From Vicinamibacterales bacterium (GTDB lineage Bacteria > Acidobacteriota > Vicinamibacteria > Vicinamibacterales > JAMQPK01): 64,000 nucleotides of DNA. Where the stretch lies: assembly GCA_963775345.1 (NCBI GenBank), contig CAVZIS010000011.1, positions 161,030 through 225,029 on the forward strand, written 5' to 3'. Shown piece after piece: positions 22,828-34,768 of the stretch. A program made the position numbers and the translations under genes. How positions within the stretch are numbered: position 1 is the first letter of the stretch; each line of letters starts with the position of its first letter. The notes beneath the pieces are model-generated. The model ran no database searches and was not told the origin of the DNA. It was given only the letters and a program-made list of their open reading frames with translations.

Positions 22828-24601
22828 ATGGCCATGCCGCGCCTGTTCAAGTTCTTTCTGACCCTGGTTGCCATCTTCTTCATCCTGGGCGTGCTGGCCA
22901 TCATCGGCGCCGGCGTCATGGTGATGAGAGGTCCATCGGTTCCCGCCCATGCGACCCTGATATTGCGGATGGGCGGGCAGCTCGTCGAGACACCGCCCAG
23001 CGACGTCATTGGACAGGTAACCGGCGGAGCGCGTGCACAGACGGTGCGCAGTTACGTCGACGCGCTGCGACGGGCCAAAACCGATCCGCGGATCGATTCG
23101 GTGCTGATCGTGCCGACGCATTTCGAGTCTCCGGTACTGGGGCAAAGTGCAGGAGCTGCGCGATGCCATCCTGGACTTCCGCAAATCGGGCAAGCGTGTC
23201 TCCGCCTTCCTCGAGCATGGCGGCGACCGCGAGTACTACCTTGCCACTGCGGCCGATCGCATTTATCTGCTTCCGTCGAGCGGGGTGGATCTCAAGGGCG
23301 TGGCGACCTACGACGTGTTTTTCAAGGGCACGCTCGACAAGATCGGCGCGTCGGCAGATTTCGAGAAAATCGGCGACTACAAGACGGCGCCCAATCAGCT
23401 GACGCAGACCACCTACACGCCGGCGCATCGCCAGATGAGCGAATGGCTGACGCGGGATATGTACGAACAGCTGGTGCGAGCCGTCGCGGAAGGACGCAGG
23501 AAGCGAGCCGAAGACGTGCGGGCGCTCATCGACGATGGACCGTTCATTGCCGAGCGGGCGTTGCAAGCGGGACTCGTCGATGATCTTGCGTATGAAGATC
23601 AGCTCGACGATCGTGGCGCAGTCAGCAAGAGCGGAACTGTCGAAGGAGAGGCATATGGCGGAAGCCGTCGACGCCTGATGCCGCGCAATGCGCCCCGGGT
23701 GGCCGTGCTGTACGTGTCGGGGATCATCAACTCGGGAGACAGCGGGTTCGACCCGCTCAACGGTGACGTTGCCGGATCGACGCGACTCGTCAAGGCGATC
23801 CGCGCCGCCCGCTCGGATGATGACGTGCGCGCGATCATCGTACGCATCGACAGCCCCGGCGGGTCCAGCATTGCCTCCGATGTGATTTGGCGCGAGCTCG
23901 CAGTCACCCGCGATGAAAAACCGGCACGTCCTCTGGTGGCCTCGATGTCCGACCTTGCGGCGTCTGGCGGCTACTATGTCGCGATGGCGGCGCCGACGAT
24001 CGTCGCGCAGCCGGCGACGCTGACCGGCTCGATCGGCATCTTCGGTGGAAAGTTCATCATGGGCGGCACCTACGAAAAGTTGGGGGCCAACATCGAGGCC
24101 ATCACGATCGGCCGCAATGCCGGCCTCGAATCGACCGAGCGCCCGTTCACCGAGACCGAACGCGCGAAGCTGCAGGAACAGATCCGCACGTTCTATCAGT
24201 CGTTCGTCCGCAAGGTGGCCGAATCCCGGAAGATGCCGGTCGAAAAAATCGAGCAGGTGGCTGCCGGGCGCGTCTGGACCGGCGCCCAGGCAAGGCAGCA
24301 CGGGCTCGTGGATGCGCTGGGAGGCCTGGATCGCGCCATTGCGCTTGCCAAGGAACGCGCGGGCATCCCTGCCGAGACCGAGGTCGAGGTGGTGAGCTAC
24401 CCGCCGCGAAAGACGCTGGCCGAGCTGCTCGTCGAGCAGCTGACGGGATCAGAGACGGATCGGCAGATGGACGTGCTGTCTTCGCTGGTAAGAAATCTTG
24501 GGGCGTCGGAGCGGCGCGCGCTGGGCGTCTTGACAGCACCCGCCCGATTGTTCGCACCGGGCGAACCGTTGGCACTGATGCCCGTGAGCTTCCTTCGCTG
24601 A
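22828..24601 (+). CDS. sppA: signal peptide peptidase SppA, long form (frameshift near 23140)
   Basis: GDYKTA, RIDSPGGS, SMSDLAASGGYYVA, TLTGSIG, GRVWTGAQA. Confidence 0.93.
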
Positions 24602-24611
24602 TTACAACTTC

Positions 24612-24694
24612 AACGCCGAGTTCGCCGGGAACGCCGAGATTCGCAGAGAACTCTCTCTAACGGAATCTCTGCGATCTTTGCGACCTCTGCGGTG
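24612..24694. repeat. imperfect palindromic intergenic repeat between convergent genes
   Basis: aacgccgag x2, cgcagaga...tctctgcg...ctctgcggtg. Confidence 0.6.
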
Positions 24695-24708
24695 AATCGT
24701 GTCGACAC

Positions 24709-26634
24709 TCACCCAATCGCGCGCTTGACGGCCTCCGGATCGACTTCGATCTTCATCTTCTCGCGCGCTTTGTCCATGTAGGTCTGGTAGAAGCGCGACC
24801 GGCGCTCGTTGAGCACCTCCGCCCGGAACTTGTCGCGCGCCATGGCGAAATCGGCCGGGTTGACGTCCTGTCTCGACGCCACCCTGATGATCGCTGCCCC
24901 TTGCGGCGTGCCGATGGCGTTGCTGACCGTGCCAGTGGGGGACGAGAACGCAACAGCCTCGATTTCGGGACTCCTTCCAATGTTGGGAATCACGCCGTCG
25001 CGGGCGAGGGGCTGCGTCGTCACCGCTTCGAACCCGGCAGCCTTCGCGGCGGCCTGAAAGTTCGGTGCCGTCTTCAACTGCGCCGCCAGCGCGTCGGCCC
25101 GTTGCTTCGCCAGCGTGGCGGCACGCGCCTGGATCACGTCGTCACGTACTCTGCTCCGCACCTCATCCAGCTTCGGCACATACGCATCCTGCTTGCCCGA
25201 CACGTAAAACACGACCCGGCCGGCAGGCCCGACAACCGGCGCGCTGACCGTGTTGTCGGCAAGCTCGAAGGCCGATGTCGACACAGGAGATTGAGGACCC
25301 AGGCCTTCGACCATTCCTCCACGCGGGAAGAATCCGGACTCCTCGATCTTCAACCCGCGGGAGGCCGCTGACTTTTCCAGGGCCTGCGGTGTGCGGGCCT
25401 CGGCGACGATCGCTTCGGCCAGCGTCGCTGCCTGCTGATCGGATTGCTCGCGAAGGATCTCCGCTTCGATCTCCTTGTAGACGTCTGGATCGGTAAGAGG
25501 CCTGACGATCGCCGGTTTGCGATCGACCAGCTTGATGATGTGATAGCCGAACTCGGTTTTGACGATATCGCCGATCTCACCCGGTTTGAGCGCGAAGGCA
25601 GCCGTCTCGAATTCGGGCACCATTCGCCCCCGCGAGAAGTAATCGAGATCGCCGCCCTGTTGGGCGTTTGATTCGTCCTGCGAGTATTTCTTGGCGAGTG
25701 CGGCGAAGTCAGCGCCCGACCGCGCTTCTTTCAGCACCTGCTCGGCCTGCGCGCGAACGGCGGCATCATCCTTGCCTTCGGTCGTCAGCAGCACGTGACT
25801 GGCGCGAATCTGCTCGGGCGTGGTGTAGTTGCCCAGGCGGGTGTTGTAGTTGCGCTCGACCTCCTCGCGCGCGACCTTGATTTTCGAGCCAATCTCGGCG
25901 GGACTGATGCGCACGAATCTGATCTTCCGGCGATCGGGAATCCGATAGCTTTCATTGTTTGCATCGTAATGCGCCGAGATCTCGGCATCGGTCGGATTCA
26001 CCTGTGTTTTGAAATTGTCGGCGAGAATCGCCACGACATCCAGGACCGCTTTTTCATTGCGCCGCTTGTATTCGCGCTCCAGCTCAGCGTCGGACACCGA
26101 CATCCACTCGGTCAGCCCCGCGCGGAACTTGTCGAGCATCAGGCTCTCGCGCACGGATTGTTCGAATTCCGCCGGCGTGATCGGCGGGTTCTGCTGCGCG
26201 AGCAGCTGCCGGTAGCGCTGCTCTCCGATGAATTGCCCGTTCTCCTGGAGCCCTGGAATCGTCATGATCTGCGATCGCACTTCGGAATCGCTCACGGTGA
26301 TCCCGTTGCGCTCGGCTTCGGAGATCTCGGCCTTTTCCTGAATCATCTGCTGCAGAACCTGATGAGGTACCTGCATTTGCCGCAGGAGCTCTTCGGTGAG
26401 ATTTCCCCCATACGAAGCGCGGTAGGCCTGCGCCTGTGCCTGGTAACGGCGCCGGAAATCGGCAACCGAGATCGATCGCGACTCGATGCTGGCCAGACGA
26501 TCGCCCGCGGGCCGCAGCGACTGAGAAGGACCGACGAATTCCGGGAAATACAGGACGACAAAGGCCAGGACCACCAGTCCCAGGCTCCACTTGAGCCAGC
26601 CCTTGTGGCGCCGCATCCGATCGAGCATCGTCAT
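24709..26634 (-). CDS. ppiD: PpiD-like membrane-anchored parvulin PPIase (SurA N-terminal domain)
   Basis: MLDRMRRH N-terminal TM anchor; RASHVLL, FAALAKKYSQD, GGDLDYF, MVPEFETAAF, TEFGYHII. Confidence 0.88.
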   Translation of the reverse strand: MTMLDRMRRHKGWLKWSLGLVVLAFVVLYFPEFVGPSQSLRPAGDRLASIESRSISVADFRRRYQAQAQAYRASYGGNLTEELLRQMQVPHQVLQQMIQEKAEISEAERNGITVSDSEVRSQIMTIPGLQENGQFIGEQRYRQLLAQQNPPITPAEFEQSVRESLMLDKFRAGLTEWMSVSDAELEREYKRRNEKAVLDVVAILADNFKTQVNPTDAEISAHYDANNESYRIPDRRKIRFVRISPAEIGSKIKVAREEVERNYNTRLGNYTTPEQIRASHVLLTTEGKDDAAVRAQAEQVLKEARSGADFAALAKKYSQDESNAQQGGDLDYFSRGRMVPEFETAAFALKPGEIGDIVKTEFGYHIIKLVDRKPAIVRPLTDPDVYKEIEAEILREQSDQQAATLAEAIVAEARTPQALEKSAASRGLKIEESGFFPRGGMVEGLGPQSPVSTSAFELADNTVSAPVVGPAGRVVFYVSGKQDAYVPKLDEVRSRVRDDVIQARAATLAKQRADALAAQLKTAPNFQAAAKAAGFEAVTTQPLARDGVIPNIGRSPEIEAVAFSSPTGTVSNAIGTPQGAAIIRVASRQDVNPADFAMARDKFRAEVLNERRSRFYQTYMDKAREKMKIEVDPEAVKRAIG

Positions 26635-26829
26635 TGCCGAACACACCCCTCGCTGAAGTTACTTGTGACCGAAAAGGAAGGAGTCGAAGCTAATTATCGT
26701 AGCATCGACGCTGGCGGGACGGCCAACTTACCCTTTCGGGTAAGTGCCCAACGGCAGGATCTCTGGGACCGCTGTGGTAGTATTTACGTTGTATAGAAGG
26801 ACTTAGCGAAAGTTTGCCATCTCACGACG

Positions 26830-27051
26830 ATGCCAGGAGCACCTCGCACGAACCCAGCCGCCCCCCGCGGCGCTCAGGCAGATCTGGCCGCTCGTTCTCG
26901 CCATGGGGCGAATGCTCTGCAAGAGCGGCTCAACCGCCACGATACGCTGATTGAATTGATCCGTTCGATCAACGCCACGCTCGAGCCAAAGAAGGTCGCA
27001 GACGCGCTGCCCGGGCATGCCCGGGAATGGTTTGGCGTCCATGTACCATGA
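26830..27051 (+). pseudogene. possible remnant of a GAF-type sensor protein
   Basis: TLIELIRSINATLEPKKVADAL resembles a GAF entry helix but the ORF stops after 73 aa. Confidence 0.3.
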
Positions 27052-27135
27052 AGGATCGAGGCAGGAACGATGTGCTGTTCGTGATTCCATGTGGCCGTAC
27101 GTATGGCGCGGCTTCAGCCGCGCCAAGGAGCTTCT

Positions 27136-28161
<1,026 letters not shown>

Positions 28162-28164
28162 GGA

Positions 28165-28998
28165 ATGCCGGTTACAGATTTTCGACAGAGCACGGCCGGG
28201 TTGTTCATCGCTGTGATTGTGGGTCATATCATTCTGATTTCGGCCCAGGTGAATTCGCGGTCCGGCGTGCCGGTTCTCGAAGTCGTGACCTTCGGGGCCT
28301 TCTCGGAACTGCAGCGCGTTGCTGCGAGGGTGACCGGCGGCGTGCGTGACGCGTGGAACGGCTATGTGAATCTACGGCACGTGCGCGCGGAAAACGAGCA
28401 GCTCAAACAGCAGTTGGGAGACCTGCAGGTGCAGTTCCAGCAGGAGCGGGCCAAGGCCGAGCGCGCCCGCGAACTGGAGAATCTGCTGGCGTTCCGGAAC
28501 GCGATTGAGCTCCGGACGATTCCTGCCGGCGTGATTGGGGCCGGTCCCAGCCCCGATTTCCGCACGCTGACCATCGATCGAGGATCGAACGGGGGAGTCG
28601 CGACCAATATGGCCGTCATCGCGCCCGCCGGCGTTGTCGGCAGGATTGTGACGCCGACGACTCACGCAGCCAAGGTGCAACTGCTGATCGATCGGAACGC
28701 CGCGGCCGGCGCTGTCGTCGAGCGGTCGCGCGCGCAGGGTATCGTGGTCGGTGGGGATGAAGAGCTTCTGCGGATGAACTTCGTGGTGAGCACCGCCGAC
28801 GTCAAGATCGGTGACAAGATCGTGACCTCCGGCATCGACGGGATTTATCCAAAGGGCTTCGTGATAGGGACGGTCGAAACAGTGGATCCGGGCAACGGAA
28901 TCTACAAGGCCATCCGTGTCCGGCCCTCCGTTGATTTCAATCGGCTCGAGGACGTACTGGTGGTGAAGTCCCCGCAGGCGGCCGAGGCGCCGTCGTGA
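28165..28998 (+). CDS. mreC: rod shape-determining protein MreC
   Basis: N-terminal TM, coiled coil, IDRGSNGGV, VTSGIDGIYPKG; operon position. Confidence 0.95.
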   Translation: MPVTDFRQSTAGLFIAVIVGHIILISAQVNSRSGVPVLEVVTFGAFSELQRVAARVTGGVRDAWNGYVNLRHVRAENEQLKQQLGDLQVQFQQERAKAERARELENLLAFRNAIELRTIPAGVIGAGPSPDFRTLTIDRGSNGGVATNMAVIAPAGVVGRIVTPTTHAAKVQLLIDRNAAAGAVVERSRAQGIVVGGDEELLRMNFVVSTADVKIGDKIVTSGIDGIYPKGFVIGTVETVDPGNGIYKAIRVRPSVDFNRLEDVLVVKSPQAAEAPS

Positions 28999-29564
28999 AA
29001 GCCGCGGTGATTGCGCTGACTATCATCATCTCTCTCGCTCTTCAGACGTCCCTTGCATGGTTTCTGACGCCTGGCGCCAATGTGGTCGACCTGGTCTTTG
29101 TCGCGGTTGTGTACATCGGGCTCGCCGCGGGGCCGGCGGCAGGCTTGATCGCCGGGGCGGTAGCCGGTCTGGCACAGGACGCCCTGGCTGCCACGGGAAC
29201 ATCGACGATTGCCGTCCTTTCCGGAGCCGTCACAGCCCGCAGCATTATTGGTATCGGAGGGCTTGCCAAGACTGTTGTCGGGTTCGTCGCCGGGATCATC
29301 GGGAGCCAGTTCATCGTGGCCCGGCCAATCCCGAGGGCGTTCGTGTTCTTCACAGCAACCGTCGCTCATGCGATCATATTTGTGGGCCTCTATCGCATGC
29401 TTGATCAGGGGAACGCCGAGCCATCAATCAGCGCAATCTTCGGTCAGGCAGGCGCCAATGCGCTTGTTGGCGTGGTCTTGTTCCAGGTTAGCGAGTCATT
29501 GCCCGGATTTGTCGATCGCCGGCGCTCGATGAGCGGCGGCATGCACATCAACAGGCGGTTTTGA
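28995..29564 (+). CDS. mreD: rod shape-determining protein MreD
   Basis: hydrophobic ORF with GLAQDAL between mreC and PBP2. Confidence 0.85.
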   Translation: MKAAVIALTIIISLALQTSLAWFLTPGANVVDLVFVAVVYIGLAAGPAAGLIAGAVAGLAQDALAATGTSTIAVLSGAVTARSIIGIGGLAKTVVGFVAGIIGSQFIVARPIPRAFVFFTATVAHAIIFVGLYRMLDQGNAEPSISAIFGQAGANALVGVVLFQVSESLPGFVDRRRSMSGGMHINRRF

Positions 29565-29565
29565 C

Positions 29566-29596
29566 TAGCTGGTAGCCGTTAGCTGGTAGCTGGTAG
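29566..29596. repeat. 7-mer tandem array (tagctgg)
   Basis: ctagctggtagccgttagctggtagctggtag. Confidence 0.8.
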
Positions 29597-29621
29597 TGCT
29601 TCGGGAACTGGAAGCCGAGAA

Positions 29622-31544
29622 ATGTCAGATTTGAGTGTGTTACATCCGTTCGAGGATCGCCGGAAGGTCACGGTGCGGCTGGCGATCCTTCAGGTTGGCG
29701 TTGCCGTGATTTTCACGGCCCTTGCATTCAGCTTCTGGTTTTTCCAGGTCGTCCAGAACGAGAAATTCAACGAGCTCGCCGAGAACAACCACCAGCGGAC
29801 GATTCCGCTCCGGGCGCCGCGGGGTGTGATGTACGACCGCCAGCTCCGTCCGATCGTCGAAAACCGCAGCTCGTTCACCATTTCGATCGTCCGGGAAGAA
29901 ACCAAGGACATGAACCGTACGGTTCAGGTCCTCTCGGAAGTCGCAGGCCTCGATCCGAAGTACATCCACGACATCGTCAATCGTCATCGCCGCGAGCCGT
30001 CTTACCGTCCGATCGTGGTTCTGGACGACGCCTCGCTCGCACAGGTCGCCGCGGTGCTTGCGCGGCGTCTGGAATCCGAACTGCCCGACGTCAGGGTCGA
30101 GGAAGTACCGACGCGCCGGTATCCCGACGACTCGTTTGCGGCGCATCTATTCGGTTACGTCGGCGAGGCCACCGAGGGTCAGGTCGAAAGCGACAGCCTT
30201 TACACCGGCGCCATCGTCGGTCAGGCCGGCGTGGAGAGGGTCTACAACAAGCTGCTGATGGGCAAAGACGGCGCGCGGCGGGTCAAGGTCAACAGCATGG
30301 GTCGCGAGCTCGGCACACTGGAGGAGATTCCCGCCAGCGAAGGACGCGGCGTGCAGCTGACGATCGATATGGATCTGCAGCGCGCGACGGAGGAAGGCTT
30401 CAAAGCGGGCGGGTTCAACGGGGCGGCGGTCATCATGGATCCGCGCAACGGAGAGGTGCTCGCGTTCACGAGCGTGCCTGGATACGACCCGAACAGCTTC
30501 GCGGCCGGCATCGACCGTGCGACGTGGGCCTCGCTCAACTCCGATCGCCTGAAGCCGCTGCAGAACCGCGCGATTCAGGGACGATATTCCCCCGGCTCCA
30601 CCTTCAAGATCGTTGTGGAGGTGGCCGCGCTGGAAGAGGGAATCGTCACTCCCGACTTCCGTGTGTTCTGCGGCGGAGCGGCGATGTTCTTCGGCCGCCC
30701 GTTTCAGTGCTGGAAGAGAGGCGGGCATGGCAGCGTCGACATGCGCCACGCGTTGGAACAGTCGTGCAACGTGTATCACTACACCATCGGAAACATGGTC
30801 GGCGTGGACAAGATCCACAAATGGGCGACTCTGCTGGGGCTCGGCGAGAAGACCGGCATCGATCTGCCGAACGAGATCGAGGGCATCGTACCTTCCACCG
30901 AGTGGAAGCGGCAGCGTTACAACGAGAAGTGGTACGCCGGCGAGACCATCTCGGTTTCGATTGGCCAGGGTCAGGTTTCGATTACTCCCGTTTCGATGGC
31001 CGTGATGATGTCGACGGTAGCCAACGGCGGAACGCGGTGGATGCCGCACCTGTTGAAGGCCGTTGACGACGGCAAAGGATGGAAGCCGATTCCGCCGCCG
31101 CCGCCCAGGTCGAGGGTGGCGCTGAAGCCGGAAACCATAAAGGCGGTGCACGACGGCTTGTATCTCGTGGTCAACGGAGCCGGCACCGGGGGTCGAGCGA
31201 GGATCGCGGGCAGAGACGTGTCGGGCAAGACCGGCACGGCACAGGTGATCTCGCTGCAGGGCAGGAAGGCCGCCGGCCGCACGGACCGAGACCTCCGCGA
31301 TCACGGCTGGTTTGTCTTTTTTGCGCCACGTGACAATCCAGAGATTGCCGGAGTCATCTTTGGCGAACACAACGAGCACGGCGCGACCTCCGCGCCGATT
31401 GCGAAATACGTGTTGGAAACCTACTTCGCGAAGAAAGAGGGCAAGCCGCTGCCGAAGCTCGATCCATCGGTGCCGGGTCCGGTGCCCGAGCCCGATACGC
31501 CGCGCGAGCCCCTGCCGGCGGCCACGGTCGCTTCGCTGAACTGA
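29622..31544 (+). CDS. mrdA: penicillin-binding protein 2
   Basis: SxxK (STFK), SCN, KTGTAQ; APRG motif; operon context. Confidence 0.95.
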   Translation: MSDLSVLHPFEDRRKVTVRLAILQVGVAVIFTALAFSFWFFQVVQNEKFNELAENNHQRTIPLRAPRGVMYDRQLRPIVENRSSFTISIVREETKDMNRTVQVLSEVAGLDPKYIHDIVNRHRREPSYRPIVVLDDASLAQVAAVLARRLESELPDVRVEEVPTRRYPDDSFAAHLFGYVGEATEGQVESDSLYTGAIVGQAGVERVYNKLLMGKDGARRVKVNSMGRELGTLEEIPASEGRGVQLTIDMDLQRATEEGFKAGGFNGAAVIMDPRNGEVLAFTSVPGYDPNSFAAGIDRATWASLNSDRLKPLQNRAIQGRYSPGSTFKIVVEVAALEEGIVTPDFRVFCGGAAMFFGRPFQCWKRGGHGSVDMRHALEQSCNVYHYTIGNMVGVDKIHKWATLLGLGEKTGIDLPNEIEGIVPSTEWKRQRYNEKWYAGETISVSIGQGQVSITPVSMAVMMSTVANGGTRWMPHLLKAVDDGKGWKPIPPPPPRSRVALKPETIKAVHDGLYLVVNGAGTGGRARIAGRDVSGKTGTAQVISLQGRKAAGRTDRDLRDHGWFVFFAPRDNPEIAGVIFGEHNEHGATSAPIAKYVLETYFAKKEGKPLPKLDPSVPGPVPEPDTPREPLPAATVASLN

Positions 31545-31545
31545 G

Positions 31546-32628
31546 ATGTTCGAGAGACGCCTGTACCTCCATCTCGACTGGCTGTTGTTCAGCGCGATTG
31601 CCTGCCTCTGCGTCATCGGCGTCGCCATGATTTACAGCACGACCGGAAGCTGGCGACTCCCGAGCACCCAGATCTCGGCGATCATCATCGGATCCATCGT
31701 GTTCGGGTTGTGCCTGGCGGTCGACTACCGGGCGCTCGCAGACAAGTCACATGTCATCTACTTCGCTCTCCTTGGAACGCTCGTGTACGTGCTCCTCTTC
31801 GGCACGTCGGCTGGCGGTGCACGCCGCTGGATCTCGCTGGGAGCTTTCAACCTTCAACCCTCTGAGTTCGCAAAAGTCGGCGTGGCTCTGGTGTTGGCCA
31901 AGTTTTTCGGCGAGAACAGGCGCGGGACGCCGACGACGGCCGATCTGCTGGTGGCAGGTGCGCTGACGGCGGTCCCGCTGATTTTGATCGCGCGGGAACC
32001 CGATCTGGGGACGGCCGTCACGCTCGCGCCGATCTATCTCGGCATCGCATACGTCGCCGGCATGCGCCTGCGAATCTTGGGCATCATTGCCGTCGTTGCG
32101 CTCGTGTCGGCACCCATCGCGTGGAACTTCGCGCTCGAGGAGTATCAGAAGAGCCGTATCGAAACATTTCTGGACCCGTCCCAGGATGCAAGGGGGGCGG
32201 GATATCAACAGATTCAGGCGCAGATTACCGTCGGGTCAGGCGGGTTGTGGGGGAAGGGTTACCGGAAAGGCACTCAGGGGCAGTTGCGGTTCCTGCCTGT
32301 CGCCCACAACGACTTCATCTTTTCCGCGCTTGCCGAAGAACAGGGGTTTGCCGGGGTCCTCTTCGTGCTCGGCCTCTATCTGCTCGTCATCTGGCGCGGG
32401 CTCGAGGCCGCGCGTCTCGCCAAGGATCGCCTCGGGGTCTACCTGATCATGGGGCTGCTGGCGAGCTTTACGTTTCAGGTCATCTACAACATCACGATGT
32501 CGGCCGGTCTCGCGCCGGTCAAGGGTTTGACGCTGCCGCTGTTGAGTTATGGCGGGTCGTCGATGATCGCCACCCTGGCGGGCTTCGGCTTGATTCTCAA
32601 CGTGCGTATGCGCAGGTTTACTAACTAG
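31546..32628 (+). CDS. rodA: rod shape-determining protein RodA
   Basis: RRWI, LQPSEFAK, EPDLGTA, HNDFIF, LPLLSYGGSS. Confidence 0.95.
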   Translation: MFERRLYLHLDWLLFSAIACLCVIGVAMIYSTTGSWRLPSTQISAIIIGSIVFGLCLAVDYRALADKSHVIYFALLGTLVYVLLFGTSAGGARRWISLGAFNLQPSEFAKVGVALVLAKFFGENRRGTPTTADLLVAGALTAVPLILIAREPDLGTAVTLAPIYLGIAYVAGMRLRILGIIAVVALVSAPIAWNFALEEYQKSRIETFLDPSQDARGAGYQQIQAQITVGSGGLWGKGYRKGTQGQLRFLPVAHNDFIFSALAEEQGFAGVLFVLGLYLLVIWRGLEAARLAKDRLGVYLIMGLLASFTFQVIYNITMSAGLAPVKGLTLPLLSYGGSSMIATLAGFGLILNVRMRRFTN

Positions 32629-32686
32629 CTGGTAGCTGGTAGCTGGTAGCCAGTAGCGACTGCTACCGGCTACCGGCTAGGAGCTA
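32625..32686. repeat. 7-mer array followed by its reverse complement
   Basis: (tagctgg)x3 tagccagtagc ... gctaccggctaccggctag. Confidence 0.8.
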
Positions 32687-32789
32687 CGAGCCCAAGGATC
32701 GGCAATGAGCAACGCTTTGCGAAAACTATTTCACGTCATTCGCGCGCTCTGCTCGGCTGTGAACGCCGATCCATCATGGAGCTTTGCGA

Positions 32790-34338
32790 ATGCAGAAGGA
32801 AATGATCATCTCGGCCAACGGGCACGAGACGATGGTCGCCATCCTCGAAGAGGATCTCGTCACCGAGGTCTTCGTCGAGCGGGAGCGGCATCGCGGGGTC
32901 GTCGGGAATATCTACAAGGGCCGGGTGTCGAAAGTGCTGCCCGGCATGCAATGCGCGTTCATTGACATCGGCCTGGAGCGCGACGGCTTCCTGTACGTGT
33001 CGGATGTCGTCGATACCATCGAGGAGTTCGACCGGCTCGATTCGGGCGAGGACGAGGAGCACGCCGACCGGCGTCAAGGCCCGTGAGCGGGCTCCTCAGC
33101 CAAAGATTGAAGAGCTCCTGAAAGAAGGGCAGGAGATCGTCGTCCAGGTCGCGAAGGAGCCGCTCGGCACCAAGGGCGCACGGCTGACGTCGCATGCCAC
33201 GCTGGCGGGCCGCTTTCTCGTGTTCATGCCGACGGTCGACCACGTCGGCGTGTCCAGAAAAATCGAGTCGCGCGACGAGCGCGGCCGGCTCCGCGGCATC
33301 GTGAACAGATTCCGGGAAGAGCAGGGGTTTGGCGGCGGCGTCATCATCCGCACCGCGGCCGGGGGCCGGCCGGAATCCGACATCCTGAGCGACCTCGATT
33401 ACTTCAACGAAATCTGGAAGGACACCCGCCAGAAATTCGAGACGCTGCGGGCGCCAGCGGTGATCTATCGCGAGCAGAGTCTGGTCGCAAAGCTTCTGCG
33501 GGATTTGCTGTCGGAGGAGTTTTCGTCGATCCGCATCGACAACGCGCAGGAACACCGGCACGTGATGGATCTGATCTCGCGCATCATGCCGAATCTGGCC
33601 TCGCGCGTGAAGCTCTACACCAAGGACTACCCGATCTTCGAGGAGTATGGCGTCCAGCCCGAAATCGACAAGGCGCTCAAGAGCAAGGTCTGGCTGAAAT
33701 CGGGCGGCTCGATCGTGATCAACCAGACCGAAGCGCTCGTGGCGATCGACGTGAATACCGGCCGGTACGTCGGAAAACGCACCGGACGGCTCGAGGACAC
33801 GATCGTCAAGACCAACCTCGAAGCCGTCAAGGAAATCGTGCGGCAGATCCGCCTGCGCGACCTCGGCGGCATCATCGTCCTCGATTTCATCGACATGGAA
33901 GAGCGGAAGAACCGGCAGAAGGTCTTTCAGGCGGTGGAGCAGGAGCTGCAGAAAGATCGTTCCCCGTCGAAGCTGCTTCAGGTTGCGGACTTCGGTCTGG
34001 TCATCGTCACGCGCAAGCGGGTCAAGCAGAGCCTCGAGCGCGTCCTCACCGAGCCGTGCCCGTATTGCTCGGGAACGGGGGTCATCAAGTCGAGCTCGAC
34101 GATTTGCTACGAGATTCTCTCCGAAGTCAAAAAGATCGGGGCGGATCTCAACGGAGGCGGCGTGGTGCTGCGCGTGAACCCGGAAATCGCCCGCGCGTTG
34201 AAGGAAGAGGAGCGCGCCGTGCTTTCCGACCTGAAACAGACGCTTGGCAGAGACGTGACCATCAGGCCGGACGCTCACTTGCATCATGAGCAGTTCGACC
34301 TGATGGCCCTGAGCGAGCGGGCTGGGCGCCCGCATTGA
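32790..34338 (+). CDS. rng: Rne/Rng family ribonuclease (RNase G-like; frameshift near 33080)
   Basis: GNIYKGRV, KEPLGTKGARLT, IDVNTG, RLRDLGGIIVLDFIDM, CPYC. Confidence 0.92.
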
Positions 34339-34342
34339 GCGA

Positions 34343-34744
34343 TCACCGTTTCAACTCGCGGCCGTCGGAATAGATGAACTGGTTCCCGTAGGTGTCACCG
34401 AAGGGGTACCACACAGTCACCGGCGGCGGCGTCCCCTGCCGCACTTCACCAAACGCGACGTGTACGTTGTTGGGCAATCCAGCCGGCCGGGCGACCAGCC
34501 GTGTAAACGCGGTCAGGTAGACATGCTTGCGGTCCCGGCTCAGTACGCGGACGAGGTCGACCGTCTGAGGGTCTGCACGCTCGAAGATGTAGGAGCCGGC
34601 CGGGAGCGAGACTCCGGGCAGCGCGAACGGTGTATTGAACGTGAGATAACCGGTCCGGCTCCCGAGAGGCACCGCGTTGACGGTCGCGGCGATTTCCAGA
34701 ATGAGCAGCGCCAACGCCATCGACAGAGATTTGCGATTCAACAT
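34343..34744 (-). CDS. secreted hypothetical protein
   Basis: signal peptide; LTFNTPFALPGVSLPAGSYIF...VWYPFG..GNQFIY; GGAGGAAAGG upstream. Confidence 0.75.
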   Translation of the reverse strand: MLNRKSLSMALALLILEIAATVNAVPLGSRTGYLTFNTPFALPGVSLPAGSYIFERADPQTVDLVRVLSRDRKHVYLTAFTRLVARPAGLPNNVHVAFGEVRQGTPPPVTVWYPFGDTYGNQFIYSDGRELKR

Positions 34745-34768
34745 GGTCCTTTCCTCCTTCTCCACGAT

